A stretch of 63,617 nucleotides of DNA, filler included, from Reticulomyxa filosa (lineage: Eukaryota; Protista; Foraminifera): NCBI GenBank assembly GCA_000512085.1. It is 19 parts of 19 records of this genome, joined end to end, with 100 filler letters (N's around TTAATTAATTAA, not from the genome) between each part and the next. Parts side by side here need not be neighbours in the genome. Positions count along the whole stretch, not along the records: positions 51,155 to 54,219 come from ASPP01035032.1; positions 54,320 to 57,155 come from ASPP01025364.1; positions 57,256 to 60,352 come from ASPP01005605.1; positions 60,453 to 61,457 come from ASPP01027111.1; positions 61,558 to 63,617 come from ASPP01032692.1; 14 more parts are not named here. One strand, given 5' to 3'. Position 1 is the stretch's first letter. Each line of letters begins with the position of its first letter. Below the pieces are notes generated by a model. It did no database searches and was not told the origin of the DNA. It saw only the letters and a list, made by a program, of their open reading frames with translations. A program made the translations under genes and the position numbers. Shown here one piece after another: positions 51,155-63,617 of this stretch.

Positions 51155-54100
51155 AAGTTTCCACAATCGAATAGTTTTGTCATTTGAAGCTGATACTATT
51201 TTAAATCCATCAGACGAGAATTCTATAGAAGTAATAGTATCAGAATGCCCTTCCAATTTTTGAAGCTGTTTTCCAGATGCTACATCCCATAATCGAATAG
51301 TATGATCATATGAACCGGACGCTATTATAGAACCGCCAGGTGAAAATTGCACAAAACTTGTTATACTTGTATGTCCTTCTAATACTTGGAGTTGTTTTCC
51401 TGATAAGGTATCCCATAATCGAACAGTTTTATCCCATGAACCAGACACAATCTTAGATCCGTCAGGGGAAAATTGTACTGAGCTGATATGATGTTTATGC
51501 CCTTCTAATATCTGAAGCATTTCTCCAGATAATGCATTCCATAATCGAATAGTTTTATCATTCGAACCAGACATGATCTTCAATCCATCAGGTGAAAATT
51601 GTACAGAATTTACATGGTCTGTATGTCCTTTTAATACTTGGAGTTGTTTTCCAGAGAATACGTCCCATACTTGAATAGTTTTATCATGTGAGCCCGATAC
51701 AATTTTGGATCCATCAGGAGAAAATTTCACAGAATTAACATTATTTGAATGCCCTTCAAATGAGTGGAGTAGTTTCCTAGAAAATGTATCCCACAATCGA
51801 ATAGTTTTATCATTGGAGCCTGACACAACTTTGGATCCATCAGGTGACAAATTCAAAGAATTAACCCAACCTCGATGCTTCCCTAATAATTGAAGTGATT
51901 TTCCGGATGTTACATCCCACATGCGGATGGTTTCATCATGTGAACCGGATATAACTCTGGTACCATCAAGTGAAAATATTACTGAAGTAACACTATTAAA
52001 ATGTTCGTTCAATGATCGAGATTGTTTAGTTGGTGATGAATTCCACAAGCGAATAGTATTATCTTCTGAAGCAGATACAATTTTAGATCCATCAGGCGAA
52101 AACTGTGCAAAATTGACGCCTCGCAAATGTCCTTCTAATAATTGAAGTTGTTTTCCTGATGCCACATCCCACAATCGTACAGTATTGTCATACGAAGCAG
52201 ATACAATCCTGGAGCTATCACCCGAAAATTGCACAGAATTTATAACGCTTGTATGTCCTTCTAATATTTGAAGTTGTACTCCAGTTGACGCATTCCATAG
52301 TCGAATAGTACTATCCCATGCGCAAGATACAATTTTGGAATCATCAGGTGAAAATTGAGTAGAATTAATCCAACCTGAGTGTCCTTCTAATACTTGAAGT
52401 TGTCTTCTAGAAGACGCATCCCACAATCGTATGGTGCTGTCTCATGCACACGATACAATTCTAGATTCATCAGGTGAAAAATAGACTGAATAAACAGGAT
52501 CTGAAGCCACTTAATATTTGAAGCACTTTTCCAGATAGTACATCCCACACTCGGACGGTTTTATCACCTGAACTTGACACAATTTTGAAATTGTCAGGTG
52601 AAAAATGCACAAAATTTACATCATCTGTATGTCCATGAAATGATTGTCCTTCTAAAAAAGCACGATCTTAATATTGCATGTGATAAATTAATATTATCCC
52701 AATTTTGATTATTCATACTAACATTTGCCACGTTGAGTATGGTTGCAGCATTTGATGTAGCAAAAGAAATATTTGGATTATTTTTGGCTGCTTGAATAAT
52801 TCGAAATAACCTTGACTTTAAATTCATATGCAATGAATTTGTGTCATAAATTCTTTCTGCAATAAATTGAATAATTCCTAATTCCTCATTTAACAATTTT
52901 TTATTGATAGATAATATTGGAATATATGTTTCAAATTGTTGTTGAAATTGTTGATTATCAACAGTAATAACATTGGGTTTCCATAAAACAATATCAAATA
53001 TAATTTTTTGTGCTGCAAAATATTCTTGATAAGATTTATGTAAAAATTGATATTTATTATTACCAACTCTTCTTAACACATATTTTGCAATACTATCACC
53101 ATTAAAATATTTTTCCCAAATGTCTTGTATTTTGCACCTGAAATATCATTCATTATGTTTGTTTCTTTTTTTTTATCTATAATATTTTTAGTTTCATTTT
53201 CCATATCAAGATCTAATTTATTCCAAATTTCATCATTATTTCTAGATTGAAATTCTGATTAAATTACAACTTGATTTCCTTGATGAAACATATCAAAGCC
53301 TACATCTTGGCAATATTTTTTTAATGTTATTTTAAATTTATTGATATCCATCTGAATTCTTAATTCAGATAACTTGGAAACAATGTTTTGGATATGAATA
53401 TCGATCCATTGATCATTAAACACTTCATATACTTGTGCTTTTGAAATTTCACTCTCTAGACCATATCGTTTTACTAATGATGGTAATATAGTTAAGATAA
53501 GTTGAAGAAGAAATGGTTCTTCCACCATTTTTTGTAAGTTTGGATAATTATTTAATGTTTCCTCATATTTATTTGGTGTCCAATCATTGTTGTCATCAAT
53601 CTTTTTCTTATTTCTAGATTGTATTTTTGCAAATTTTTCAATATAATTGTGCATTTGTTGCTTTGTAAATGGCCATAAGTACATCATTGATGTATTATTT
53701 TGGTTTACACTAATTAAATTATTTTTAATGTCATCATCATTCAATACTTTACTACGACAAGTAACAATAATATTTGCATTCCATTGGTTTAAATTAAATC
53801 GATTATAAAAATATTTATCATTATCACTTTGATTATATTTATCAAATATTTCATCAAATCCATCCATAATAAATACAAATGTTACTTTTTCACGAATTAC
53901 ATTCATAGTTTCTTTATTGATTTGTTTAGCTTGTAATGCTTGCAAAATAATATCTTTTTCATTATTTTTATTATAAACTTTTGGAAATGAAATATAAACA
54001 GGAATTGGTTTTGTTGAATCAGAAATATAATTATTCCATAATGTATCTTCTAAATGACGACAAAATATACTTTTTCCTGATCCTGATTTTCCTTGAATTA

Positions 54101-54219
54101 TCATTACTTTTTTTTTATAATATTCATTTTTTTTTTCTTCAATTTCTTCTTTTTCTAAAAATTCAATGACATGTTGATGACAATCAAATGTATTATTTTT
54201 TTCATTATCATCACCATCC
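51155..54219 (-). pseudogene. NACHT NTPase - pentapeptide remnant - WD40 array gene (NLR-like/STAND), disrupted
   Basis: Walker A GKSGSGKS, Walker B FIMDGFDE, IIVTCR, PFLL, FLHKSYQEYFAA, NAATILN, then ~12 WD40 repeats of 42 aa. In-frame stops at ~53260 and ~52443; frameshifts near 53140, 52668 and 52505. Confidence 0.88.
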
Positions 54220-55033
54220 NNNNNNNNNNNNNNNNNNNNNNNNNNNNNNNNNNNNNNNNNNNNTTAATTAATTAANNNNNNNNNNNNNNNNNNNNNNNNN
54301 NNNNNNNNNNNNNNNNNNNAAAAATAATTGTTTTAAATGTTTTTTGATGTTATAATGAAAGTTGGTTTTTTTTTATGTATATGCACTGAACAACGTGGAA
54401 ATCTTTTTGTGTTGCGTGTGGTTATCATTTTAAAATTTTTTTTTTTACAAATCATAACGTAAATCACGTTTTTATTCATTATCGTTCCGGCGACTGATGA
54501 AAGTATCCAAAAAAAATAAAAGCCAAATTCCTATTTTTGGAATAGCACATCTGTCATGAGACAGTTTGTTTTTCATCATAGCGAATCATAGTGATAAGGT
54601 GCTTATTTGTGAACTTTTATTTACCTTTCTAAAGGCTGATTATTTCTGTTTTTGTAAACTACCCAGTTTGGGATTTAAATATTTTTTTAGATTGTGATAG
54701 CACAATTTCAAAAACAAAACAAACATATCATTTGAAATTACTTATATCAACGAACAGAAATAAGTTTGTTAGAATTTGCGATAATCGGGCAAAAAAGAGT
54801 GAAAAACATGAATAACTAAGGAAAGAAAGAGTGCAAAAAAAAAAAAAATTAGTCAAAGTTGCATATCACCACACTTTTCAACAACACAAAACACATTAAA
54901 TTAAAAAAAAAAAGAAAAAAATAAGATAAAAACAAAGGAAATATTTATACTAATATTGTACGCGATGTTTAATAAAATTAATATTTTGGTTAATTTTTTC
55001 AGACTGCTGTCTTTGAGTGCCCTCAGATTTGAA

Positions 55034-57112
55034 CTATTTACTTTCTTCCATATTCGGCAAGGGTTTAACTGTTTGAGCCAGTGCATCCTGTCCCGATTCT
55101 TGCGATATGCTTTCCAATTTGAATTTGATTTGAGGATGCAATGGATTTAATCGATAAGCGATGCGTAGCACGTGTTCAGTCTCAGACACATCATCAGGTA
55201 TAACTTCTGCTTTGAAGATAAGCATCGCTCAAGCCTAAATACGCATCGATATAAGTGGGATCGATGTGAATTGTATGTGAAAAATGGTCAATGGCTTTGT
55301 CAAACTATGAACAAAAGAAAAAAAAAAAAAAAAAGGAGGAGTCGAAAGGAACAGAAGGGGATATAGCTTAACTACTTCCAGCACTTTGTATTCATAGCCA
55401 ACAAAAAAATGATGAACGTCATTGTTCGGAGCCAATCGAAGCATGGTCTCATGAATGGCAAGCAAGCGTCGATGTTTGCTCTGTTTTTCCAAGTCGGTCA
55501 AAGGCTTTTTATGCGCTTTTTTGCGTTTGCTGTTGTCCAAGTCTTTTTCAATTTCGGTGACTTCGTCCAACAGTTCTATCCATTCTGTGTATGACACGCT
55601 TGTTTGAATGGCGCCAGCCAAGACATCGCCGACATTCAACACCGCATGAAACCTTTGTATGAATTATCCCGACATTGTTCCATGTGAATTTGCTTCATTA
55701 CTCAATTGTAAACATATACATATATATACATATGTATATGTATATGTATATAAATAAATGAATCCAATAAATAAAGAAACAAAAAAATGGACATATTTCA
55801 TAGTGAAAATACAACTCAACCAAAATTCAGGAACATAAAGCACCTGGCCTTCGGCCTGAATGCACTCCATTGGCTTGTACAAGTGATCCAGTCTTATGCA
55901 AGGAGAGATTTCTTTTTGCGTTGGGATCATCCGCTGATGGAAGTCGTGCTCTCGTTCGCTGTGCAAATAGTTGTCATTATACAGAGCATCCAAAGGATTG
56001 CTTTCGTACCTCTTGCTCCTTTCTATTGTTCAATTCAGTTTTAAACCATCCTTTTCTTAAAAAAAAAAAAAAAAAAACTTATCCAAAAAAAAAACGAAAA
56101 CTCAATTCAGTGGCTTCGTCTTCCGCAGTCCTGCAATCACCTTGCATAATACTCGCAATAGGACTATCGCTGTCCAAGTGATTCGAGTCTTGAGAGCGAT
56201 CCAACTTCCAAGCCCAAAGGCCCTGATCAAACTCTTTCCAACTGGCACCAGAGTCGGAGGTGTTTGTTTTTCGCGAAAACACGTGTTTGCGTCGAACCAA
56301 CTGGTTTCGGTTGAACATCCATTGATGTCGCGGAATATCGTCCGTTAGATGTCCATAAATTTTCTCAAACCAATCTAACATGCTGTACCCAGGCCAAAAG
56401 CCTCCAGGTGGAGATATTTCCGGTGGATATAAAAACCATCGTTTTCGCCCATATGCAACACCTTTTTTTTTTTTTTTTTTTTTTTTGGTTCCCCCCCCCC
56501 TCCTTTCGAATACGTATGTCGGTGATGCATTAATCGAAAACAGCACAAATGAAAATCTGACTCATGTCAGCATATGTACATATATATATTATATATATGT
56601 ACATATGTAATCATACCACACCAAGTCTCGCCGTGTCCATGAAAACTTGCACCGGTGCCACTAACCCCGACGAAGAAAATACCATAGTCATCATCTTTAT
56701 TGTTGTGCAAATACGGCAAGGGCTTGAAATATTGGAACTGGAACCCATCCTTTTGCTTCCAAATGCTTCGATCAAAAATGTACATTGGCTCGTCTGCTGC
56801 GTTAAAACGATTGTACGTTTGCGGGGACGTTGTGTTCAAAGTGTCATTTTGCAGCTGAGCTTTTGCATTGTCCATTGCTGTCTCCGCTGCTGTGCTTTGG
56901 ACGCAATCTTCGGGGTACAATGACTCTTTGCTTCGCATAAAATGATTGAAATACTGCGCCAATGTCGCATTCGTCGTACCGATGCCACTGTTTAATACCA
57001 ATTCCAATGACTGTGCACGCGTCCATAGTGCTGGGTCATTCCAGTCTGACAATTTCGTGTTTATTAGTACTGGCTTTCGAAACATATAACGGTCACGAAA
57101 TTCCTCTACACT
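55034..57112 (-). CDS. JmjC (cupin) domain protein, JMJD8-like, 5'-partial, multi-exon
   Basis: PMYIFD, FFVGVSGTGASFHGHGETW, GRKRWFLYPP, ECIQAEGQVLYVPEFW/FHAVLN; HxH first metal motif. Confidence 0.85.
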
Positions 57113-57289
57113 ATTTCAGTTTGTTTTTTTTTTAAATGTGACTTTTCAGATTTAANNNNNNNNNNNNNNNNNNNNNNNNNNNNNNNNNNNNNNNNNNNNT
57201 TAATTAATTAANNNNNNNNNNNNNNNNNNNNNNNNNNNNNNNNNNNNNNNNNNNNTTTTTTTTTTTTTTTTTGATTATGTAAGTCCCTC

Positions 57290-59344
57290 TACTCTTTTCC
57301 TCTTTCAGAAGCAGCCAGTCTCTTGGAGGCGATACAATGAAGAGACTGAAATAAGGAAATTACCAGTTGATATTCAGGTGATGCCAAAAGTCTTTGATAA
57401 ACACCAATTTGAAACTCCGTCAATTCACAAAACACAATGAAATCTTTCTGTCATTTGCAAAAAAAAAAAAAAAAAAAAAAAAAAGAGTCTAACAAACTGT
57501 TTCTAACAGAAAAAAGCAAAAAAAAAAAACAAGTTTGAACTTTGACTGGCAATTGATGTTTAATGATGTCTTTGGTCCGTCTTTTGACAAACATGTCGAG
57601 CAAGGCTTTCAATTGTTGAAGGGCTTTCCCTTTGTCTTGCACCTCTTCCTTACTGGCTCCGAACTTGTTACCTTTTTCGATTGGCAAAGTAATTTTAGAG
57701 TGAAAGAATATGCGATCACAGAACCATTCGCAAGCCTGTGTACATTGGGAAGGATTATCGGAAGACGGATCTGGAGAATGAATGCAAATGTTCAGAGCAT
57801 AAAAGATTGCCCACAATTCGTCCAAGTTATTTTGCACCAAGGTACCAGTCATGCCAATTTTCATTGGAATCGGCAGCGCATGAACAGCAGCATTTTTTTT
57901 GGAGCCAAATCGCTTCAAGACATGAACTTCGTCAAAAATGGCAATATCAAAAAACGTGGCCCTTGGCGAATCGATTTTCAAACAATCATCGTTTTTTGTG
58001 ATGGGCTCCATTGACTCTATAATTTTTGCCACAGTTTCGTAGGTGGATAACACATATCTATATGTTTTATTCCTCCAAACTTCGTATTTGGATGGTCCCA
58101 AAGCAATTCCAATTTCGTTTTGAAGGCGACACCATTGCACATTGTCGAGCCACGTTACCAATTCTTGTTGCCATTGTTTCACCAACGAATTGGGACAACA
58201 AATCAATATGCGGTTTTTTTTTTCTCCATTATTTACTGCCGCCAAAAATCCTATGGCCTGAATGGTTTTACCCAATCCCCTATTAAAAAAAAAAAAAAGA
58301 AGTGCCTCCAAACTTTGTCATTAAAAAAAAAAAATTTGTAGTGCGTTTTTTTAACATGTCATCTGCCAAAATGCAAGATTTTGTATTGCAATAACATTGG
58401 AATAGCCATTGTATTCCCTCTCTTTGATACTCTTTCAAACATCCGTTGATGTCTCCTGGTATGAATGATTCCATAATCTTACCTTCCGAAGCTACAGTAG
58501 CCACCAGTTTTAATCTTGTTCTTTGTTCCTCTAACATTTCATCAACACTCATTGTCGGTGATGAAGACAACAAGCTCTTCCTTTTTGGTTTGCGCCACGT
58601 TAACGCTTTTTCACACATTTTGCGATCAATTTCTTTCTCCATCTTACAAAACCATTCTTGTACCCACTTATTTGATCCGGAAGACTCCATTTCTTTTTCG
58701 CTTTCTTCAGAGTCACTTCCTTTTTCCAATGTACTCAACAGCATGCCCTGCGAAAAGCTCTTCCTATATGCTGCTGCGTCTATTTTTCTTCCTTCTTTAA
58801 TTTGCTTGCTTTGGGTTGATATGTTTGAATCTGAAAGTGTTCTTCTCATCTTGATGTTTACTTGCGACTCCATCTCTTTTTCCAACATTTTATCGATCGC
58901 TTTTCGGTTCTCTTCCAAATTACTCGGTACTGAAATAGTATTATTCACCTTTCCTAATTCCAATGTCTCATTATTATCGCCGCTTTTCGGCTCCATTTTT
59001 TTAATATTTGCCACTTTGTCTTTCTGCTGATCTTCTTCGTCCTCTATTGTTTTTTGTTTGCCTCATTTTTGAAATTTTTCTTACTGTTATCTTGATTCAT
59101 TCAACTGAATGCTTAACTCAAACAAATTTTTTAACATACCGTCCAATACAAACGAAAATTTTTGTTTAGGTTTTGGAGTGGGTATTGCACAAGAGGGGTG
59201 ATGCGTATTCAGTTTTCGTCTCTGATTGACGTTTGGGGCTGTAGAAACGTCGTCAATTTCTGTTAGTGTCCGCTTGTGAGGTAATTTTTCAACATTTTTT
59301 TCTTTTGGTTTTGGTAATTCCAGTCCCTCGAATTGCGGAAACAT
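57290..59344 (-). CDS. ERCC6L2: SNF2-family helicase, ERCC6L2/Rad26-like, 3'-partial
   Basis: LKEYQREGIQWL, CILADDM/GLGKTIQ, ICCPNSLVKQW, IFDEVH, GMTGTLVQNNLDELW, RRTKDII..QLP.K, VFCELTEFQ..VY; the subfamily call is tentative. Confidence 0.85.
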
Positions 59345-59718
59345 CTAAAAATGGGAGATTTATATGTCCACTTCCAGAAAAAATCACTTTCACTCGACAA
59401 AAATATGAACTTTCGAGTAAGCATTTTCTTACAATTTATCAATTTTGCTTAAAAATTTCTCTTTATCTCATTACAAAAAGATATTTGCAGTGAATAAAGG
59501 TTAAAAATTAGAAACTTTTTAGCGTATTAAATTTACTTTCTTAATATGATCATCATATGTTTAATTGAATATGTGCTTGGCAATTTTTATAAATTTTAAG
59601 CAGCACCAAAGAAAAATGTTTATAAAGACATTGAATAAAAAAAAAAGCCGTCAGTACTGTGGAAGGGGGCAGACTTTGCGTCAATAAAATAAAGCTTGTT
59701 CATTGAGAAACAGACAAC

Positions 59719-60292
59719 ATGAATTACCTAAAGAGAACATTTACAACATTAACTTCAGCCGCAGTGAAAATAAGTGAAAATCCACATGGAGCAGATTTTG
59801 AAACCAAGCGATCGCGTTATTTTGAAATGCAAGATGTGTTGGCTAAACTGAACAACGATTTGCAGTTGTATCACAAATTATGGGGAGGTAAGAGGAGAAA
59901 AATCCAAAAGGATAAGAGAATAAGTTAAGAATGAAAAAGCAGCACAAAAAAAATAAAAAAAAACAAAAAAAACAGAATTATTGGCAGTGAAGACACAAAT
60001 TTTCGGTTATTTGTTGTTATTTTATGAGATACCAAACGAAAAGCGGAACATAATGGATGAGTTGTTCCGACAGCATCAAAAGCCTTTTGAAGGTCTGTTG
60101 GAGAAATTGTCGGACGACTACGAGATCAGGGTAATAGCAGAGTTGGAGACATTGCAAGCAATGTTTCCAAAAACGGAGAAGCAATTGCACCAGTTGAAGC
60201 ATATGAAATCTGAGTGGATATCCAAATGCAAGGCAATGGAAGAGATTAAAAGAACAACCAAGAGAAATCCAAACTATTTGCAACTCGCCAAA
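59719..60292 (+). CDS. Helical coiled-coil protein, possibly BAR-domain-like, 3'-partial
   Basis: Two in-phase exons (59719-59887, ~59976-60292) with amphipathic helical pattern; divergent from the SNF2 gene across ~375 bp. Confidence 0.45.
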
Positions 60293-60313
60293 GTTACCAA
60301 AAAAAAAAAAATA

Positions 60314-60352
<39 letters not shown>

Positions 60353-60452
60353 NNNNNNNNNNNNNNNNNNNNNNNNNNNNNNNNNNNNNNNNNNNNTTAA
60401 TTAATTAANNNNNNNNNNNNNNNNNNNNNNNNNNNNNNNNNNNNNNNNNNNN

Positions 60453-61320
60453 CCTCACTCCAATCAAGTAATCCCCTAGCCAAAAGAGGATATCAATGGC
60501 ATAACGAAAGTGGTTGCAATTATTGCTGGCACACATGAAAAGCCAGTCATGTCCATATAACCAATCAAAATGAATTCGACCACTTCTTCTTTCATCAACA
60601 TCATCGATCCCCTCCACAATAATCTTCAATTGGTGAGTTATTATTTGGCTTTTTTTGTGTTTACTGTAGATTGAAGCAATCCAAAAGATGTATGTGCTAA
60701 GAATAAGAATAATATTCACACAAAACATTGCAAGTGAAAGCGCTATGAATTATCAAAAGGTTACCCAAAGCAGCGTCGAAATATAATACACAATCTATTT
60801 GCAGACTATATCTTGGTTGTTGCGCAAGCAATGAATTCTTGGATATGTGAAAAGCGTCATATAATATTGGCACTATTGTAAATACTTGAATTGTGTACTC
60901 ATTGATTATGCTGCCCAGATTATATCATCTCCAAATTGTGTCACCATTGACAGTCAACATTGAACGTATTAACATGAAAACTCATTAATATCGTCGTCGA
61001 ATATAGTGTTATTAAATGAAGGTATTGCAAGAAAAAACATTTTGAACACAATGTCGTATGTGGAAACGTGACAACAAATAAGATGTAGATTAAACTCAAT
61101 AACCTTGGAAACTTATCAACAAATTGATCAAGCATCATCTGAGGAGCAAGCCACAATTACATTGTTGATCATAAATATAATCGCATTACGAGTCGCCAAC
61201 GAGTATGAAGGAAGCAATGTGAATTCATATATCCGCGCAACGCTATTGGTGTCCAACTCAGCTTTCTTGGAATATTGCAAAGACTGGTTGCTTCATGGTT
61301 AGGTTCACATATCAGCACAT
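60453..61320 (-). pseudogene. Possible decayed membrane-protein gene
   Basis: Hydrophobic coding-like segments broken by many stops; no family recognised. Confidence 0.2.
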
Positions 61321-61557
61321 GCAGCCCAAGAAAAAAGGAGAAGACACAAAAAAAAAATGAACGTCGACGTGCAGGACAGCAGCCACTATTTAAAGGTCGT
61401 GTGGATACATATTGTTTGTACATATTTTCAGTTGTTGTAATATGCACCAATCAAACCNNNNNNNNNNNNNNNNNNNNNNNNNNNNNNNNNNNNNNNNNNN
61501 NTTAATTAATTAANNNNNNNNNNNNNNNNNNNNNNNNNNNNNNNNNNNNNNNNNNNN

Positions 61558-62985
61558 TATGGTCACATTTCAAAATGTGTTGGAACAGCTTTGCAAAAAA
61601 ATCCGTTCAAAATGGATGTCAGCAGTTGGTAGTCCCGGAATTGAGTGATGAAAATACAACCACAATGGAATGCAGTCTGGCACGTGAAACGGGAATGGGA
61701 TTGTTTGTTGTCAAAATTGTTCAACTTTTGCAAGATGTCAATAACAAATTCTTGCAAGATTGTCATGATCAATTGGATAAAAAGAATTTGGAGATTCCAG
61801 AAAGAAAAAACAATGAAGATAACAAAGAAATTGAGGAAATGAGTGATAATGGAACAAGCAGTGATGAGGAAAATAGCTATGAAGAAGAAAAGAAAGAAGC
61901 AGAAGAAAAAGAAAAAAAAGAAGAGCAACTAAAGGAGGAAGATAATTTGAATGAAAAAGATTTCCAAAAATTTCAATTTGCAAAAATTTGGAATGTAAAT
62001 AATAAATCTCTGTTTGATATAAACGAACAAGATATCGTTTGTGCTGACAAAGAACAAATTAATACCATAATCAAACACTGGAGTGTCCCTGTTTTGCAAT
62101 ATGGACAGATTAATGCTTGTGATGACCCCATTATGGATTTGCACTCCATCGAAAATGAAATTTTGGATCGTTTCATTAATGGAAGACGAATTATCCAAAT
62201 TAATACTAGATCATTTCAATATTCCAATGAATACAACATACCCAATTGTTTGGATATAATCAAACATAATAATCCAAAACTAACTGAAGGTCATTTAGAT
62301 GGACAACTTTGGGATGCTTTTGTTGCGTCAATTAAGTCTCCATCGGAGAGAGCACGAGCACTTCAATTGTTGAGCGAAACAATAGTTTTCTTGCACCAAA
62401 GTGCAAAAAGCATCAAACCGTTACGTATTTTACATTTTTAAACAAAACACATACATAAAAAAATAAAATATCAAAATATTGAATCTTTTGGGTAATAATA
62501 GTACTGACAAATTGACCGTTTTAATGGAGAATTTATCATTTGAACAAGTGGACTACATATTATTTGAAGTTCGTTCGAATGACAGAAGTGATCTTTGTTT
62601 GTATGCAAAGCATATTGCTCCGCTGTGGCATCAGTTGAATGAACGGGTAAAGACGGAAACCACCAATGACAACACAATTGAAGAATGTGTACTACCAGCA
62701 TATCAATCACCATTAACTGATGACCTGAAAACACAACTTGATTTGTTTGTTCAAAAGACTCCATTAGCAATTGTGAAAACGATACTGAATAAATGGCGAG
62801 AGGTTGCTCGCAAGGAAGGTCAAAAGCAAGAGATTGAAAAACAATTATTTGCAGATTGGCTAGACAATGTATATTTTTATGATAATGAAATGGTGGAGTT
62901 TCCAAAGGCCTTGCAATGGAAATATTGTTCAACTGCGTATGCTTATGTATTTGAAATTGTACACAAAAAAACAAACATAAATTAA
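61558..62985 (+). CDS. RNF213/mysterin-like C-terminal region, 5'-partial, one intron (~62425-62500)
   Basis: L..ETGMG....IV..LQDVNNKF, LQYGQ, DL..IENEILDRFINGRRII, FQYSNE, and YQSPLT..LK resemble the RNF213 C-terminal domain as recalled. Confidence 0.6.
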
Positions 62986-63060
62986 ATTACATAAGAGTCA
63001 TATCCATTAAATATTTGAAATTCTTTATTACTTTTTGTAATTCTTTATTTCTTCTTTCAT

Positions 63061-63608
63061 TCAAACGATTTCAATCGAAAAATATTTTTTAATATTTCTC
63101 TTCATTTGTGGTTTTAGAGGTTGTTCAAAATTAAAATTGAATAATGTAGCATTACATCCAAACTCTTTAAATTTGTACATCAAAGATTTCAAATAATATG
63201 AATTATTTAAATGATCCTTCATTTCTTTTCTTTTGTCTCTATGATTGTGTATTCTTTTTTTGCCAATTGATCTTCGAATTACTGATGACAAATCACAGTT
63301 AATTTATCAATAAGATCCCTTATTGTTCGGTTTTTCACGTAATTACAATGATGGTGATTACCAACAGAATGTTGATTGTTATATTTGTTTAAATATTGTT
63401 TGAGACATTGTTTTCCAATCACCAAAGCATGTTGATGGTCTTCATGCTTATTACAAGTTAATTCAATTGCATTGTATGCAATTTATTCACACAATAAGCA
63501 TTGAAAACTTTTTAAGGGTACTTGTTCGTTTAACAACGCCTCACACTCTTCGTCATAACATTCTTTGAATGTATTTGTCTTTTCTTGGTCTTCTTCTAGT
63601 CCAAGCAT
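63061..63608 (-). pseudogene. Degenerate RING/TRAF-type zinc-finger gene (paralog of 15480-15797)
   Basis: ECYDEE..LLNEQ....FQCLLCE*IAYNAIELTCNKHE...IGKQCLKQYL....HHHC...LTVICHQ*, then KEMKDHLNNS..LK...FKEFGCN (TRAF-finger-like); in-frame stops. Confidence 0.72.
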
Positions 63609-63617
63609 TAACTTCTT

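Overview
This window is not one locus. It is 19 unrelated contigs joined by 18 artificial 100-bp linkers (44 N + TTAATTAATTAA + 44 N), so adjacency across linkers has no biological meaning. Eighteen contigs are AT-rich eukaryotic DNA with short spliceosomal introns and long homopolymers. Their expanded WD40, HEAT, NACHT, RING/TRAF-like and RNF213-like families resemble, from recall, the foraminiferan Reticulomyxa filosa; this assignment is inference. One contig (12474-13689) is GC-rich bacterial DNA encoding polar amino-acid ABC permeases. Recognisable spliced genes are glutamine synthetase II, a tandem kinase/pseudokinase pair, RNase T2, a BTB protein, a DHHC acyltransferase, a fidgetin-like AAA ATPase, a CAP-Gly protein, a paladin-like phosphatase, DUF2961/GH172, WDR26/GID7, an SGNH-like protein, a JMJD8-like JmjC protein, an ERCC6L2-like SNF2 helicase and an RNF213-like C-terminus. 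Several decayed genes are missed or fragmented by the ORF track: an NADP-GDH relic, two RING/TRAF-like copies and a NACHT-WD40 gene. The best leads are an orphan intronless ORF with a CE-clan-like His/Asp/Qx5C protease signature (possibly an effector of a protist NLR-like system), a 7-nt microexon, a GC-AG intron, and many acceptor sites preceded by A-tracts instead of pyrimidine tracts. Exon boundaries were read by eye and product calls rest on motif recognition, not database searches.
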